From an uncultured Dehalococcoidia bacterium (lineage in GTDB: Bacteria; Chloroflexota; Dehalococcoidia; Lucifugimonadales; GCA-2712585): 61,585 nucleotides of DNA. The position numbers and the translations under genes were made by a program. The stretch covers positions 1-61,585 of the forward strand of contig CAZPLA010000026.1 in assembly GCA_964587385.1 (NCBI GenBank). Reading direction: 5' to 3'. Positions within the stretch are counted from its first letter, which is position 1. Each line of letters opens with the position of its first letter. The notes below the pieces were generated by a model. It did not search any database and was not told where the DNA came from. It saw only the letters and a program-made list of their open reading frames with translations. Below, one piece after another: positions 48,608-58,399 of the stretch.

Positions 48608-49219
48608 CTAATTCCCGAAATCATCACTCCTAATGTAGTTAACAATAGCCCATCGTTCTGTTGGAGTTAAAAGTTTTTGAAACTGAGGCATGACTTTGTG
48701 CTGATTCGGATCAGTCAAAATCAAATCTCTATTACTAATTATTCCATAAAGGAAGCCATCTGGGTAACCTTTTACGGTTGTTAGATCAGGAGGTAATTTA
48801 GGTTCGTAGTTGTATTTATTGATCATTAGGCCTAGTACGGTTCCATCCCCTGTGCCACTCAGGCCATGACACATAGCACAATTAATCTCATATAAGAATT
48901 TGCCTTTATCTATCATCTCTTCAGGGATGGGGTTCGACAGAGTTGCTATATCATCGACGGTTAAGGGCACTTCTTTCCCCGTTATTGGCACAGCACTCTC
49001 GGGAGGGCTCAGCCTAGGAGGTTCCTGGGGATGATATGAAGGGTGATAATGCATTTCATAAAAGAAGTCGACGGGATACGAACCTTGTGCACAGCTAAGA
49101 CTGGCGAATGTTGTTAATGTGAGTATGCAAAATAGGATTACCGCTCTCGACGGTATAGATTTGAATACCCACGGTATTTTATTGAATGTAAATTTTTTCA
49201 CTACCAAACTCTGGTTCAT
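48608..49219 (-). CDS. actE: Alternative complex III subunit E, monoheme cytochrome c lipoprotein
   Basis: Lipobox SLSC, EMHY.P, single CAMCH, distal VMP, ERWAIVNYIR. Confidence 0.88.
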   Translation of the reverse strand: MNQSLVVKKFTFNKIPWVFKSIPSRAVILFCILTLTTFASLSCAQGSYPVDFFYEMHYHPSYHPQEPPRLSPPESAVPITGKEVPLTVDDIATLSNPIPEEMIDKGKFLYEINCAMCHGLSGTGDGTVLGLMINKYNYEPKLPPDLTTVKGYPDGFLYGIISNRDLILTDPNQHKVMPQFQKLLTPTERWAIVNYIRSDDFGN

Positions 49220-49225
49220 TCCTAT

Positions 49226-49735
49226 TTATTTACGTTTAATTTCTATTGCCCCGGCCTGTGTTAAAACTTGTTCAGCTGTATCTATTTTACTCTCATTACA
49301 GTCAACAATTAGACCAATAAGCCCTTCACTAATCCGGGAATCATAGAGTTTGCTCTTGAGGCTTGGTCCTAAGCGAGACTCAAAAATGATACCAATGATG
49401 GTAAACAATATTGCACCAAGCATTGTGCCTTCGTAGGATATTATAACCATTGGGGGTATGGATAAGATTGGTTTTCCACCGGTGATCAACGGGTACGATA
49501 TTTGAGTGCCTATAGTAAGCACTAAGGCAGTACTAAGTCCAAGCAGAGCCCCTATAAACGGGAATACATATAGTCTATGACTGTGGTGGCGTTCTCCTAA
49601 AGCTCCTTCTGGATACGGTGTATCGGTAAGAAAGTCGAATTCTTCTTTGGAGAAACCCGCATTTTCCAACGATTCGCTGGCTTCTGCTGCGTATTCAGCA
49701 TTCTCGTATAACCCTAGTATAGATTTTGTTGCCAT
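49226..49735 (-). CDS. actD: Alternative complex III subunit D (DUF3341)
   Basis: TPYP, two TMs, YPLITGGKP, P..IISYE.T.L, YDSRIS. Confidence 0.9.
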   Translation of the reverse strand: MATKSILGLYENAEYAAEASESLENAGFSKEEFDFLTDTPYPEGALGERHHSHRLYVFPFIGALLGLSTALVLTIGTQISYPLITGGKPILSIPPMVIISYEGTMLGAILFTIIGIIFESRLGPSLKSKLYDSRISEGLIGLIVDCNESKIDTAEQVLTQAGAIEIKRK

Positions 49736-49751
49736 AAGGTAACCTCTAGAT

Positions 49752-51131
49752 TTAGTCTTCTCGAATCACTGCGGGTACCTCAATTTTACCCACTTTGATC
49801 TTGTCTTGTAGTACTTGCCCTTCCTTTATATCAAACAGCGGTATGAGAGGGAATATTTTAGCGAATAGTAAGAACAACATTAATACCATTGCGAAAGTTC
49901 CACCTATAATGGTTATTTCGATCGCGCTTGGTGCATAGGTATACCAAGTGCCGCTAAATACTTGCTTTCTCGCTAATCCGGGAACAATAATTAATAATCT
50001 TTCCAGCCACATTCCTATGTTAACCGATATTGTGGTTATAAGCATAAGCCATAGATTTCTTCTTACTCTTCTAAATAGCCACATTGGAACGGGGAACAGG
50101 AAAGCTGTGATTATGAAGACAATGAAGAACCATTGCCATGGCGGTTCCAAGAGTTGCATGTGTCTGGTTGCCAACTCGTCACCTTCTTGGCCATATATCC
50201 CGAAGAAAAACTCCATTAACAGGAAGTAGAACCAGGCTATGGCTATAACCAAAAGCAGTCGACCTAAAGCATCGATGTGTTCATGACGAACGTAGTTTTG
50301 CCATCCAAATAGCCATCGCATGAAGATCATTACGCTTACTACACCAGATACTCCTGAATGCACGGCACCAATAACGAAATATGGTGCGAATATTGTGGAG
50401 TGCCAGCTTTTAACTGCGATAGCCATACCAAAGTCCCATGAGACTATACTGTGTACAGATACGAAAACAGGTAGTATTAAAGCGGATAATAAGATTCCAG
50501 CGATTGCTTGGAACTTCCATTGTCTAGTGGTGCCTCTCCATCCTAAGGACAAGACTGAGTAGACTATTTTTTTAATTCCTGAACTTCGATCACGGATGAT
50601 GGCAATATCCGGTATAAGAGCGACAAAGACAAATAGGATACTAGAAGTCAAATATGTATTAACCGCTGCAGGGTCCCAAACTAGTGGAGAGCGGATATCC
50701 ATCCAGATTCCTCTTTGGAAGTCATAAGGAAACATAACCCAATAAACCAGTCTCCATGGACGGCCTGAGTGTATGAGAGGCATTAAGACAGCGGTCATAA
50801 GGGAGAAAATAGTAAGAACTTCAGCAGCTCTTGTAGCAGGACGCCTCCATTCTGCTTTAGATAATCTGAGTATAGCTGAAAGCATTACTCCAGCATGGCT
50901 TATACCTATCCAGAAGACGAAGTTTGTAATAAAGAATCCCCACATCACAGGCCTATTTAATCCAGTGACTCCGAGACCCTTATTGATCATAAATGCGACA
51001 GCGACAGTAGCCGCAAGGACCACAAGACCTAAGGTGCCTACAATCGCCCAATAGACCAATGAACTTTTAGTCAAACTGCTAAGCAGGTCATCATTTATTC
51101 GTTTGTTAGTTAAATGTTTTCCTTCGTACAT
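49752..51131 (-). CDS. actC: Alternative complex III subunit C (NrfD/PsrC-type, quinol site)
   Basis: WGFFITNFVFWIGISHAG, RAAE, HSGRPW, SPLVWD, SVHSIVSWDF, WHSTIFAPYFV.GA, GMWLER. Confidence 0.93.
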   Translation of the reverse strand: MYEGKHLTNKRINDDLLSSLTKSSLVYWAIVGTLGLVVLAATVAVAFMINKGLGVTGLNRPVMWGFFITNFVFWIGISHAGVMLSAILRLSKAEWRRPATRAAEVLTIFSLMTAVLMPLIHSGRPWRLVYWVMFPYDFQRGIWMDIRSPLVWDPAAVNTYLTSSILFVFVALIPDIAIIRDRSSGIKKIVYSVLSLGWRGTTRQWKFQAIAGILLSALILPVFVSVHSIVSWDFGMAIAVKSWHSTIFAPYFVIGAVHSGVSGVVSVMIFMRWLFGWQNYVRHEHIDALGRLLLVIAIAWFYFLLMEFFFGIYGQEGDELATRHMQLLEPPWQWFFIVFIITAFLFPVPMWLFRRVRRNLWLMLITTISVNIGMWLERLLIIVPGLARKQVFSGTWYTYAPSAIEITIIGGTFAMVLMLFLLFAKIFPLIPLFDIKEGQVLQDKIKVGKIEVPAVIRED

Positions 51132-51150
51132 TATTTCCTTTTGGATGCAC

Positions 51151-52557
51151 CTACTTGGGTTTTCCTAGGACTTGATATTCGCCTCTTAAGAATGGTCGCA
51201 CGCGTTGATACAATAGACCTTCTTTAATTTCCCAAAGCGATAAGATAGGTATGATTCTTATTGATAAAAGGTAAATTAACGCTGCACCAGAGAGACCTCC
51301 AGCAATCATTAATAAGTCTATGAAATTGGGGTAGATTGCTGCTGGGACATAGGTTATCTGAAAAGCAGTTACGTCTTGTATGCCAAAAGCTGGTACGTAA
51401 AGACGTATCATCATAAAGAAAGAGCCCAAGACTATTAGAATAGAGGCCACAGTCGGTCCCAAAACACTCTTGCGAATAGGATTCCATAACAATATTAAAA
51501 ATGGCAACAGAAAGCTCATTAAGAAATTTAATGCGAATGGCAAGCGGTAGGATTCGAACATGACGAGTTTGAGTATGTTTTGTTCTACTGGCATCCGGCC
51601 ATACCACAAGGTATTAACTTCTGCGAACCAGAAATAGGCCCATAATAAGCTTAACGCTAATAATATTTTACTGATGGACCAGAATGATTCCATTGGAAAA
51701 TATTTTTTGTAACCACCAAATGTGCGAGCTATAAAAGCTATGATTACTACACTGGCAACACCGGCCTGTATTCCTGTCAGTGCCTGATGAGCTGGTAATA
51801 TTGAGTCTTTCCATCCTGGAACTAATGACATTACAAAGTCAACATTAATGATTGTTTGGACTCCGATAAGTAAAATGAAATAGAAACCTCCCAACAACGA
51901 CAGGCTGATACGGTGAATGTGCCATTGTGACTGACTGCCAGTCCAGAATTTAGTAAGTTTACCTAATAAAGGGCGATCCTTTGATTCAGAAAGGGCAGAC
52001 ATTTGGGCAATGTCTGGGAGGGCTGAAACAAGTAATAAAGCAATTCCGCAAACGATTAGACCTAATAGGCCCGCAAAATCCCAAAAAGTGGGAACACCCC
52101 AATACTCACTGGTAAACCAAAGAGTTTTTCTACAAGGCCCAGTGGAACAATCTCCTATTGGGGGGAGTAATACCAATAAAGGTATGAGACAAGCGAGTGT
52201 TAATAGGCCTACCATAGCGTAAAGTTCGGATATGCGAGCAAATGGGCGCCTCCAGTGATTGGCAGTCATTCTAAATGCGACTGCAAATAATGGAGCGGAC
52301 CCAGCGGCAGATAATAGAAAGGCGAAGAGAGCCGCAAAGTATCCCCACTCGGCTCTATGGCTAGAATCAAAGCCGTCCATGGCTCTTGATGCGAAAGCTA
52401 TTACTCCACCAAGGAATATTAAGCCCAATATAAATAGTATAACCGGGCTACCACGGCGGTGTGCTAAAAAGGTTCTTGCTACATCATTAGTAACAATATT
52501 AGCGCTCAGCTCATCTCCGGTTACAGAAGTTTGGATTTTATCTTTATAATCGGTCAT
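51151..52557 (-). CDS. actF: Second NrfD-fold membrane subunit (ActF-like)
   Basis: About 10 TM; WRRPFARISE, DFVMSLVPGWKDS, LLWAYFWFAE...WYG; lacks the HxGRPW quinol motif. Confidence 0.75.
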   Translation of the reverse strand: MTDYKDKIQTSVTGDELSANIVTNDVARTFLAHRRGSPVILFILGLIFLGGVIAFASRAMDGFDSSHRAEWGYFAALFAFLLSAAGSAPLFAVAFRMTANHWRRPFARISELYAMVGLLTLACLIPLLVLLPPIGDCSTGPCRKTLWFTSEYWGVPTFWDFAGLLGLIVCGIALLLVSALPDIAQMSALSESKDRPLLGKLTKFWTGSQSQWHIHRISLSLLGGFYFILLIGVQTIINVDFVMSLVPGWKDSILPAHQALTGIQAGVASVVIIAFIARTFGGYKKYFPMESFWSISKILLALSLLWAYFWFAEVNTLWYGRMPVEQNILKLVMFESYRLPFALNFLMSFLLPFLILLWNPIRKSVLGPTVASILIVLGSFFMMIRLYVPAFGIQDVTAFQITYVPAAIYPNFIDLLMIAGGLSGAALIYLLSIRIIPILSLWEIKEGLLYQRVRPFLRGEYQVLGKPK

Positions 52558-52566
52558 TTTATTCTA

Positions 52567-53295
52567 TTAATGGGCTTTGGCCGCAGGGTCAACCTTTTTG
52601 AGATAGAAAACACTTGGTTCTGTACCTAATTCAGCGAAAAGCCGGTAGCTTCGCTCTGACTGTGATTTTCTAACAACTTCACTTGTTTCATCATTCAAAT
52701 CACCAAAGACAAGAGTGTCTGTTGGGCATGCATTAACACATGCTGGACTAAAATTACCATCCTTTATTTTTTGGTCGGTAAGCTCTTCGCCCTTCTGCCC
52801 TTCGATTTGTCTTTCTGCTCTTCTAATACGCTGGACACAGAAGGTGCATTTTTCCATAATACCTCTGCTCCGTACTGTTACGTCCGGATTCAACTGATTC
52901 CATAGAGATTCTGGCCAACTGGGATTGAAAAAGTTGAAGAATCTTACCTGGTAGGGACAGTTGTTAGCGCAATAACGGGTTCCAACGCATCTATTGTATA
53001 CCTGAACATTTAATCCTTGGTCATTATGATATGTCGCATAAGTAGGACAAACAGGTTCACATGGCGCGTTATCGCAATGTTGACAGAAAACGGGAATGAA
53101 GCGTGCTTTAACGTTTGGGTATTCACCTTCCCAGAAACGGTCTATTCGAATCCATTGTTTGGCTCGTCTAGAAAGAAAATCTACTTCTTCGTTAATGGGA
53201 ACGTTATTTTCTGATTGGCATGCTATCACGCAAGCCTGACAGCCTATGCAGCGATCAATATCTACTACCATTCCCCATTTGTGTTGTTTAGCCAT
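52567..53295 (-). CDS. ACIII ActB2 / NrfC-like iron-sulfur subunit (3x[4Fe-4S] + [3Fe-4S])
   Basis: CIGCQACVIAC, CQHCDNAPCEPVCP, CVGTRYCANNCP, RGIMEKCTFC..CVNACP. Confidence 0.93.
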   Translation of the reverse strand: MAKQHKWGMVVDIDRCIGCQACVIACQSENNVPINEEVDFLSRRAKQWIRIDRFWEGEYPNVKARFIPVFCQHCDNAPCEPVCPTYATYHNDQGLNVQVYNRCVGTRYCANNCPYQVRFFNFFNPSWPESLWNQLNPDVTVRSRGIMEKCTFCVQRIRRAERQIEGQKGEELTDQKIKDGNFSPACVNACPTDTLVFGDLNDETSEVVRKSQSERSYRLFAELGTEPSVFYLKKVDPAAKAH

Positions 53296-53307
53296 ATGTA
53301 ATCCTTT

Positions 53308-55602
53308 TTACTTTTGGGTTATTTTGACTACAGCTTCGTGTTCACTGGTAGCGTACGCCGGAACTATACCCTCAAACTTAGGTACAGGAGAACTATTTCC
53401 AGTTGGCGTAAGTTTTACCCGTGTAGATGCCCAAGCCAAAGAACCAGTGTGTTGTACGATTGGTAGACCAATGATTTCCAAAGGGTTCGCCCCGCGATCT
53501 TTAGAGTACTTTACTGAACTAGTATGGCCTTGACCGATTGGTATACTAACTGTACTAGGAGGTACTGCGGGATGATGATATATACGTGCCTCAAACGAAG
53601 TTCCGTTAGCCCCTTCTATAGTTACGAAGTCACCTTCTTTGATGCCGATTTGCTCGGCTACTTTGGTGTTGATTTCGACCCATGTTGACCATACTACGCT
53701 TGTTATAGGGTCTGGGGTAGCTTGTAGCCATGGAAGATGTGCCCCCGTTCCATCAGTTAGTGCTAAAGATTGGAATGGAATTAAATTAAACGTGTTGTTA
53801 CCACTTGGTCCAGTAATTGATGGAGATGTATGTGTCGATACTATATCTACTAAACTTGGGGCAGCAGGTTTGCCGTCCTGTGACCCACTTTGTTCATCCC
53901 ACCATCCGCCTTGTTGAAGGTATCGGTTCCAAAATTGAGCAAATGTAGTTTCGGATACTGATCCTCTTTCTAACTGATGAAGTAAAGCGGCGTTGTCTTT
54001 TATTACTTCTAAGAACGTAGTCTTGTTCAGTGGGAATGATGAAGAGAGGCCTAATTCGGTAGCCATTCTTAGCATCACATCACCGAAGCTCATTGGATTC
54101 AAGGGCTCAATAGGGTTTACTACTGGCTGTTGCATGCCTATTATTTGGAATCCTGGTCCTATTTTGGGAACATCGTCCCCCCAATCTTCTAAGAATTGCT
54201 TTTCTGGAAGGACTAGATCGGCCATCTCGGTCGTTTCATCCCAGAGCGTAGAGAATGCTACTATGTAAATATCATTTCTTGCCAATGAATTGGCTATTCC
54301 GATGTCATCTAATAAGCCATGCATTGGGTTGGCATTTCTTATTAGTAGGAAGTTTATATCCCCATTATCAATTGAGTTTTTAATTTCTATCCATTCTGCT
54401 GTAGTTGCAGAAGTTGATGTATGGGCTAATGTCTCTATAGGGGCCTCTGGATTAAATAGAATCCCTCCTGTTGTGCCAACACTTCCGACAAGGAAATTGA
54501 GTGCATAGATAGCTGTCAGATTGAAGAGTCCGTTTGTATGAGCCGCTGATGATCCTCCACCTAGGGCGATACTTTTACTTCCGTGTTTAGCAAAATTCCG
54601 AGCTAAATGTTTAATTATTTCTTCAGGTTTTTCATGATGGAGTTCAGGAATACCTAGTTCAGAAACGATTAATTCTGGTGCGAATGGAGCAAGTGCATTT
54701 TGGAGTTCTGGTAATGTACTCCCAATATGCATTGACTGGATCCTGCGGTTAGGAACAAGTTTTTCCGATATAATAACCTGCGCGAGACTTAATGCTAGAG
54801 CTCCTTCCATTCCTGGAAGAATAGGAATCCATTCATCTGCGTTGGCTGCCGTCATTGAGAACCGAGAATCAATTTGAACAAAAGTTCCTCTGGTTCTATT
54901 AGCCCCCTGGCGGAATTCACCGAACCCTTTTGCAAATTGCACGGGTGAAAGCCAGGTAGAAAGAAAGTCGGCACCAAAAGATAAGAGGAATTCACAGTTT
55001 TTTAAGTCGAAAGTAGGCAATCTGTCTTGATCAAATAAATTCTTTACAGTTGAGTTGAACGTCGTTTCAGCTAAGGGGTCAAAGGATGTGTGGCGGCTGC
55101 CAAATTTTTCAGAGAAGGTTTTAATAACGTGTGCTAGACTGCCTGATAGTGGGTTTGTAATAGAAAGCAAATTAGAACCATTCGGAAGGTTTTGTAACTT
55201 TCCTTTCAAAATATCTAAGGCTTCATTCCAGTCTATGTTGCGGTACTGACCATCTCCTCTGTTTCCAATTCTCAGCATAGGATTGGATATTCGTTCGGGA
55301 TGATATAGAGCCTGGAGAGACGCTTCAGCTCTTACACTGTGTGAGCCTTGGTTTATTGGGTATAAAGGGTTGCCTCTCACTTTCTTGGCTCTACCTTCCA
55401 TTATTCTGATAACGAGCCCTTCTGACTCTGTTCCCATTGGAGAGAGAGTGGCGTACCAGTTGTCTACACCTGTTACCAAGTCTTCAGGTAATTCCGAAGG
55501 ACTCTGGGCAATGAATTCCCTTTCCGGAAAGAAATTACAAGCTACCGCCCCCAGTGTCGACAGACCCGCTAATTGTAAAAAATTTCTTCTAGATACCTGC
55601 AT
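53308..55602 (-). CDS. ACIII ActB1, molybdopterin-oxidoreductase-fold subunit, Tat lipoprotein
   Basis: SRRNFLQ Tat motif, AVAC lipobox, EGRAKKVRGNP, SFGADFLSTW, WLQATPDP; FS0 cysteines absent. Confidence 0.9.
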   Translation of the reverse strand: MQVSRRNFLQLAGLSTLGAVACNFFPEREFIAQSPSELPEDLVTGVDNWYATLSPMGTESEGLVIRIMEGRAKKVRGNPLYPINQGSHSVRAEASLQALYHPERISNPMLRIGNRGDGQYRNIDWNEALDILKGKLQNLPNGSNLLSITNPLSGSLAHVIKTFSEKFGSRHTSFDPLAETTFNSTVKNLFDQDRLPTFDLKNCEFLLSFGADFLSTWLSPVQFAKGFGEFRQGANRTRGTFVQIDSRFSMTAANADEWIPILPGMEGALALSLAQVIISEKLVPNRRIQSMHIGSTLPELQNALAPFAPELIVSELGIPELHHEKPEEIIKHLARNFAKHGSKSIALGGGSSAAHTNGLFNLTAIYALNFLVGSVGTTGGILFNPEAPIETLAHTSTSATTAEWIEIKNSIDNGDINFLLIRNANPMHGLLDDIGIANSLARNDIYIVAFSTLWDETTEMADLVLPEKQFLEDWGDDVPKIGPGFQIIGMQQPVVNPIEPLNPMSFGDVMLRMATELGLSSSFPLNKTTFLEVIKDNAALLHQLERGSVSETTFAQFWNRYLQQGGWWDEQSGSQDGKPAAPSLVDIVSTHTSPSITGPSGNNTFNLIPFQSLALTDGTGAHLPWLQATPDPITSVVWSTWVEINTKVAEQIGIKEGDFVTIEGANGTSFEARIYHHPAVPPSTVSIPIGQGHTSSVKYSKDRGANPLEIIGLPIVQHTGSLAWASTRVKLTPTGNSSPVPKFEGIVPAYATSEHEAVVKITQK

Positions 55603-55614
55603 ATGTTTCTCTCT

Positions 55615-56211
55615 TTAATAATGGCAAGTGAGACAGTCCGTTATATCTTTATTATCGGTGAATTTTATGTTATCCCTGTGGCAATCTACACAGTCTCCCA
55701 TTTTCAGCCTTCTTACTTGTTCTACTTCTACCATATTTCTGACTTGTCCGTGACAAGTAGCGCATGCCGCTTCAATATCTAATCCTTGTGTTTCAGTTAG
55801 AAATCGCACATGCGGTTCATGGGAAAATTGTACGTGGTCCGGCAATCGGTGTATTTTCTTCCAGTTTATTGGTGTGCCTGATTCGAAATGAGCTACTACT
55901 TTAGCAACCTCAGGAGGGGCTGTCTTTCCCTGTATAGTAGCATGACAGAACAAACATTGCTCTACTGCAGGCATCGTAGCAGCATCCCCTTTGATTACGT
56001 TTTGATGGCAGAAAGCACAGCTTATTCCATCAATTTGCACGTGTTGTGTGTGTGGGAAGGCTATGGGTTGTTCAGGAGGTTCGCCCATTCCCAACACTTG
56101 AAATGGTGTCGTCCACCATGCGCGGAGAATAAAGACGGCAATTACTAATACTATGGCAGTCATGATTAGTGGTCCTAGGATCAGTGGAATATACTTTAAC
56201 TTGGAGATCAT
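55615..56211 (-). CDS. actA: Alternative complex III subunit A, pentaheme cytochrome c
   Basis: N-terminal TM, PEQPIAFPH, five CxxCH motifs (CAFCH, CLFCH, CATCH, CVDCH, CLTCH), LPDHVQFSH, MG.C. Confidence 0.93.
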   Translation of the reverse strand: MISKLKYIPLILGPLIMTAIVLVIAVFILRAWWTTPFQVLGMGEPPEQPIAFPHTQHVQIDGISCAFCHQNVIKGDAATMPAVEQCLFCHATIQGKTAPPEVAKVVAHFESGTPINWKKIHRLPDHVQFSHEPHVRFLTETQGLDIEAACATCHGQVRNMVEVEQVRRLKMGDCVDCHRDNIKFTDNKDITDCLTCHY

Positions 56212-56253
56212 AGGATGGAATCACCGTTGAATCTATAAATATCCAATTCCATG

Positions 56254-56574
56254 TTAGAACCAATACCTATGGTGAAAAGATTCTACTACTGAAGTCAGAC
56301 TTATCATATATGCGAAGACGAGTATAGCTCCAGTTAGTAGTCCAAAGGCGGTAACAAATAGGGAAAAGCGGGCCAAATTTAACGTAGGACTAATTTGTCT
56401 TGTTGCTAGTAGTGAAGGTATTACCGCCTGCGCGATAAGGAAAGTGAAGCCGAAAGCAATGACCAATGCGAAGTAATACCAAAGGTAATGTAACAGATGG
56501 CCTATTGCGCTCCATTCAAGTGAACCTACGGGTGTTGGATCTGGATCCATTTTTGCTGCCTTACCGTTAGACAA
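56254..56574 (-). CDS. Small 2-TM hypothetical protein heading the act operon (start may be ATG 56550)
   Basis: Two hydrophobic helices; ends HHRYWF; 42 bp upstream of actA. Confidence 0.75.
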   Translation of the reverse strand: MSNGKAAKMDPDPTPVGSLEWSAIGHLLHYLWYYFALVIAFGFTFLIAQAVIPSLLATRQISPTLNLARFSLFVTAFGLLTGAILVFAYMISLTSVVESFHHRYWF

Positions 56575-56605
56575 AATGCTGGTTGTTTTTTTAGTTAAAT
56601 TGGGC

Positions 56606-56641
56606 CAGTGAAAATTATCACATATCCTTTTCGAGTGTCAA
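56606..56641 (-). promoter_or_regulatory. act operon promoter with overlapping Rex/CRP-like box
   Basis: Minus strand TTGACA-16 nt-GATAAT; ATGTGATAATTTTCACTG (56606-56623) overlaps the -10 box. Confidence 0.55.
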
Positions 56642-57076
56642 TGGGATGGGGGACAATTCAGAGAAATTCGTGTTATTGCTGAGTATGCTCAGAAGGATCT
56701 ATGAATGTAGAAAGGGCTATGTTTCTTAGGGATGGTATCGTCATACGAACAAACCCTAAATAAAGGGCTGTCTAATAAAGTGAGGAGATTAAATAATGTT
56801 ATGCTTTAGGCTTAGTCTGGCATCCGCATGTTTGACACATGATGTGGCCTCCTTTTAACTAGATACACTTATTCTATCAGCGTGTTTCACATTAAGGAAT
56901 AAGTTTAGTGATAGGGTTTAAGAATTATAATGATACAATTAAGGGCGATTAACTTAAGTTCTTCGTTTAAAAGGAAATACTTTGATATCTGGAATGTGAG
57001 AAGGCTATAATGGATGATCGAAGAATTGGCTGTTAAGCTTTTATATAGGCATCTTGTGTGAGGTATTGAGGAATAT

Positions 57077-57730
57077 ATGGTGAATTTACGTGTTTTTTTA
57101 ATGTTGTTGATTACAATGGTGTTTCTTGTGCCTTTGGGAGCATGCGGTGGAGAGAAAAATTATACGGAAGGATATGAAATAGTGACTAAACAAACAAATA
57201 ACAAAACTACTTATGAGAGCCCTCCTGACATGGCGATCAATCCAAGCGGAGACTACAGGGCAATCTTTGAGACTGATAAAGGAACTATAGTGTTTGAACT
57301 ATTGGTTAATGAAGTTCCTAAAACTGTTAACAACTTTGTTTTTCTAGCAAACGAAGGTTTTTATGATGGAGTGAAATTCCACAGAATCATAAAGGATTTT
57401 ATGATTCAAAGCGGGGATCCTAAAGGAGATGGCACAGGGGGGCCGGGGTATCGTTTTGACGATGAACCTGTGACTAGGGATTACCTGGCTGGTACTTTAG
57501 CGATGGCAAATGCAGGCCCCAATACGAATGGGAGTCAATTTTTTATTGTTCATGGAAAGGATGTGCAATTACCTAAACAATATACTATTTTTGGAATCTT
57601 GATTGAAGGCATGGATGTAGTTGATGAAGTAGCAAATTCGCCGGTTACATTTAGTCGTGCTGGGGAAATGTCTGCGCCTACGTCAGATGTGTTTATAAAT
57701 AGTGTAGAAATATTAGTGAAATCTGAGTAA
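57077..57730 (+). CDS. Cyclophilin-type peptidyl-prolyl cis-trans isomerase, lipoprotein
   Basis: Lipobox LGAC; FHRIIKDFMIQSGDP, GTLAMANAGPNTNGSQFFI. Confidence 0.95.
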   Translation: MVNLRVFLMLLITMVFLVPLGACGGEKNYTEGYEIVTKQTNNKTTYESPPDMAINPSGDYRAIFETDKGTIVFELLVNEVPKTVNNFVFLANEGFYDGVKFHRIIKDFMIQSGDPKGDGTGGPGYRFDDEPVTRDYLAGTLAMANAGPNTNGSQFFIVHGKDVQLPKQYTIFGILIEGMDVVDEVANSPVTFSRAGEMSAPTSDVFINSVEILVKSE

Positions 57731-57805
57731 AAATAGGTGTTTTTTTCGGAAAAGCGCTCTGATGAACATGTTTAATTGGAAATTCAATAGGATGAGTGGC
57801 TTAGC

Positions 57806-58399
57806 ATGAAGCGTATGAAAAGTGCTTTTGAGAAAGCAATGGAACGTGTTGAGCAAATGGAAGAGCCTCGTAAAGAGCAGATACTTGAATGGAGGCTTAT
57901 ACCTCTTGGTCAACGATTGGCTGGAACTTACATCAAGGGGGTTGATGAGGTTTTTGAGGAAGTAGAAAAATTCGATGCGGGCGAGCAAGCATATGTTAGA
58001 AAGGGAATGATCCAGGTGTTGGTGTCTAACGTTCAAATGCCCAAAATTGAATCTCAAAAAGAAACTAACCAACGTGTTTTGGATGGAATTAGAATAATTT
58101 TAGGTGAACGGCCTGAATGTACAGAAGCCTTAGAACATTTGGGATATGTTCTAGAACAATATTGGGAATTCGGTAGACAACAAAGAGCCGAAGCTTACAC
58201 TCAATTAAAAGCACAAATTGAACAACAAGTATATGAGGTATTGAGTAGACAAAGCGGTTCTTCGCATCAAGGCATGAAAGTTAATGTAGAGGCAATGCCT
58301 GAATTCCAACAACAATGGTTGCGGATTTCCGGCCAACTTAGTGTTCCATACGACACACATTTGCAAAATTACAAAAAGCAAATCATGGAGTTGGTTTGA
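57806..58399 (+). CDS. Conserved hypothetical helical protein (DUF6657-like)
   Basis: MKSAFEKAMER N-terminus and EAMPEFQQQW; family call is from recall only. Confidence 0.7.
   Translation: MKRMKSAFEKAMERVEQMEEPRKEQILEWRLIPLGQRLAGTYIKGVDEVFEEVEKFDAGEQAYVRKGMIQVLVSNVQMPKIESQKETNQRVLDGIRIILGERPECTEALEHLGYVLEQYWEFGRQQRAEAYTQLKAQIEQQVYEVLSRQSGSSHQGMKVNVEAMPEFQQQWLRISGQLSVPYDTHLQNYKKQIMELV

Noticed and set aside
53308-55602. Catalytic molybdoenzyme (e.g. polysulfide or formate reductase)
   Set aside because: FS0 cysteines are absent and the actA/C/D/E context identifies it as non-catalytic ActB1.
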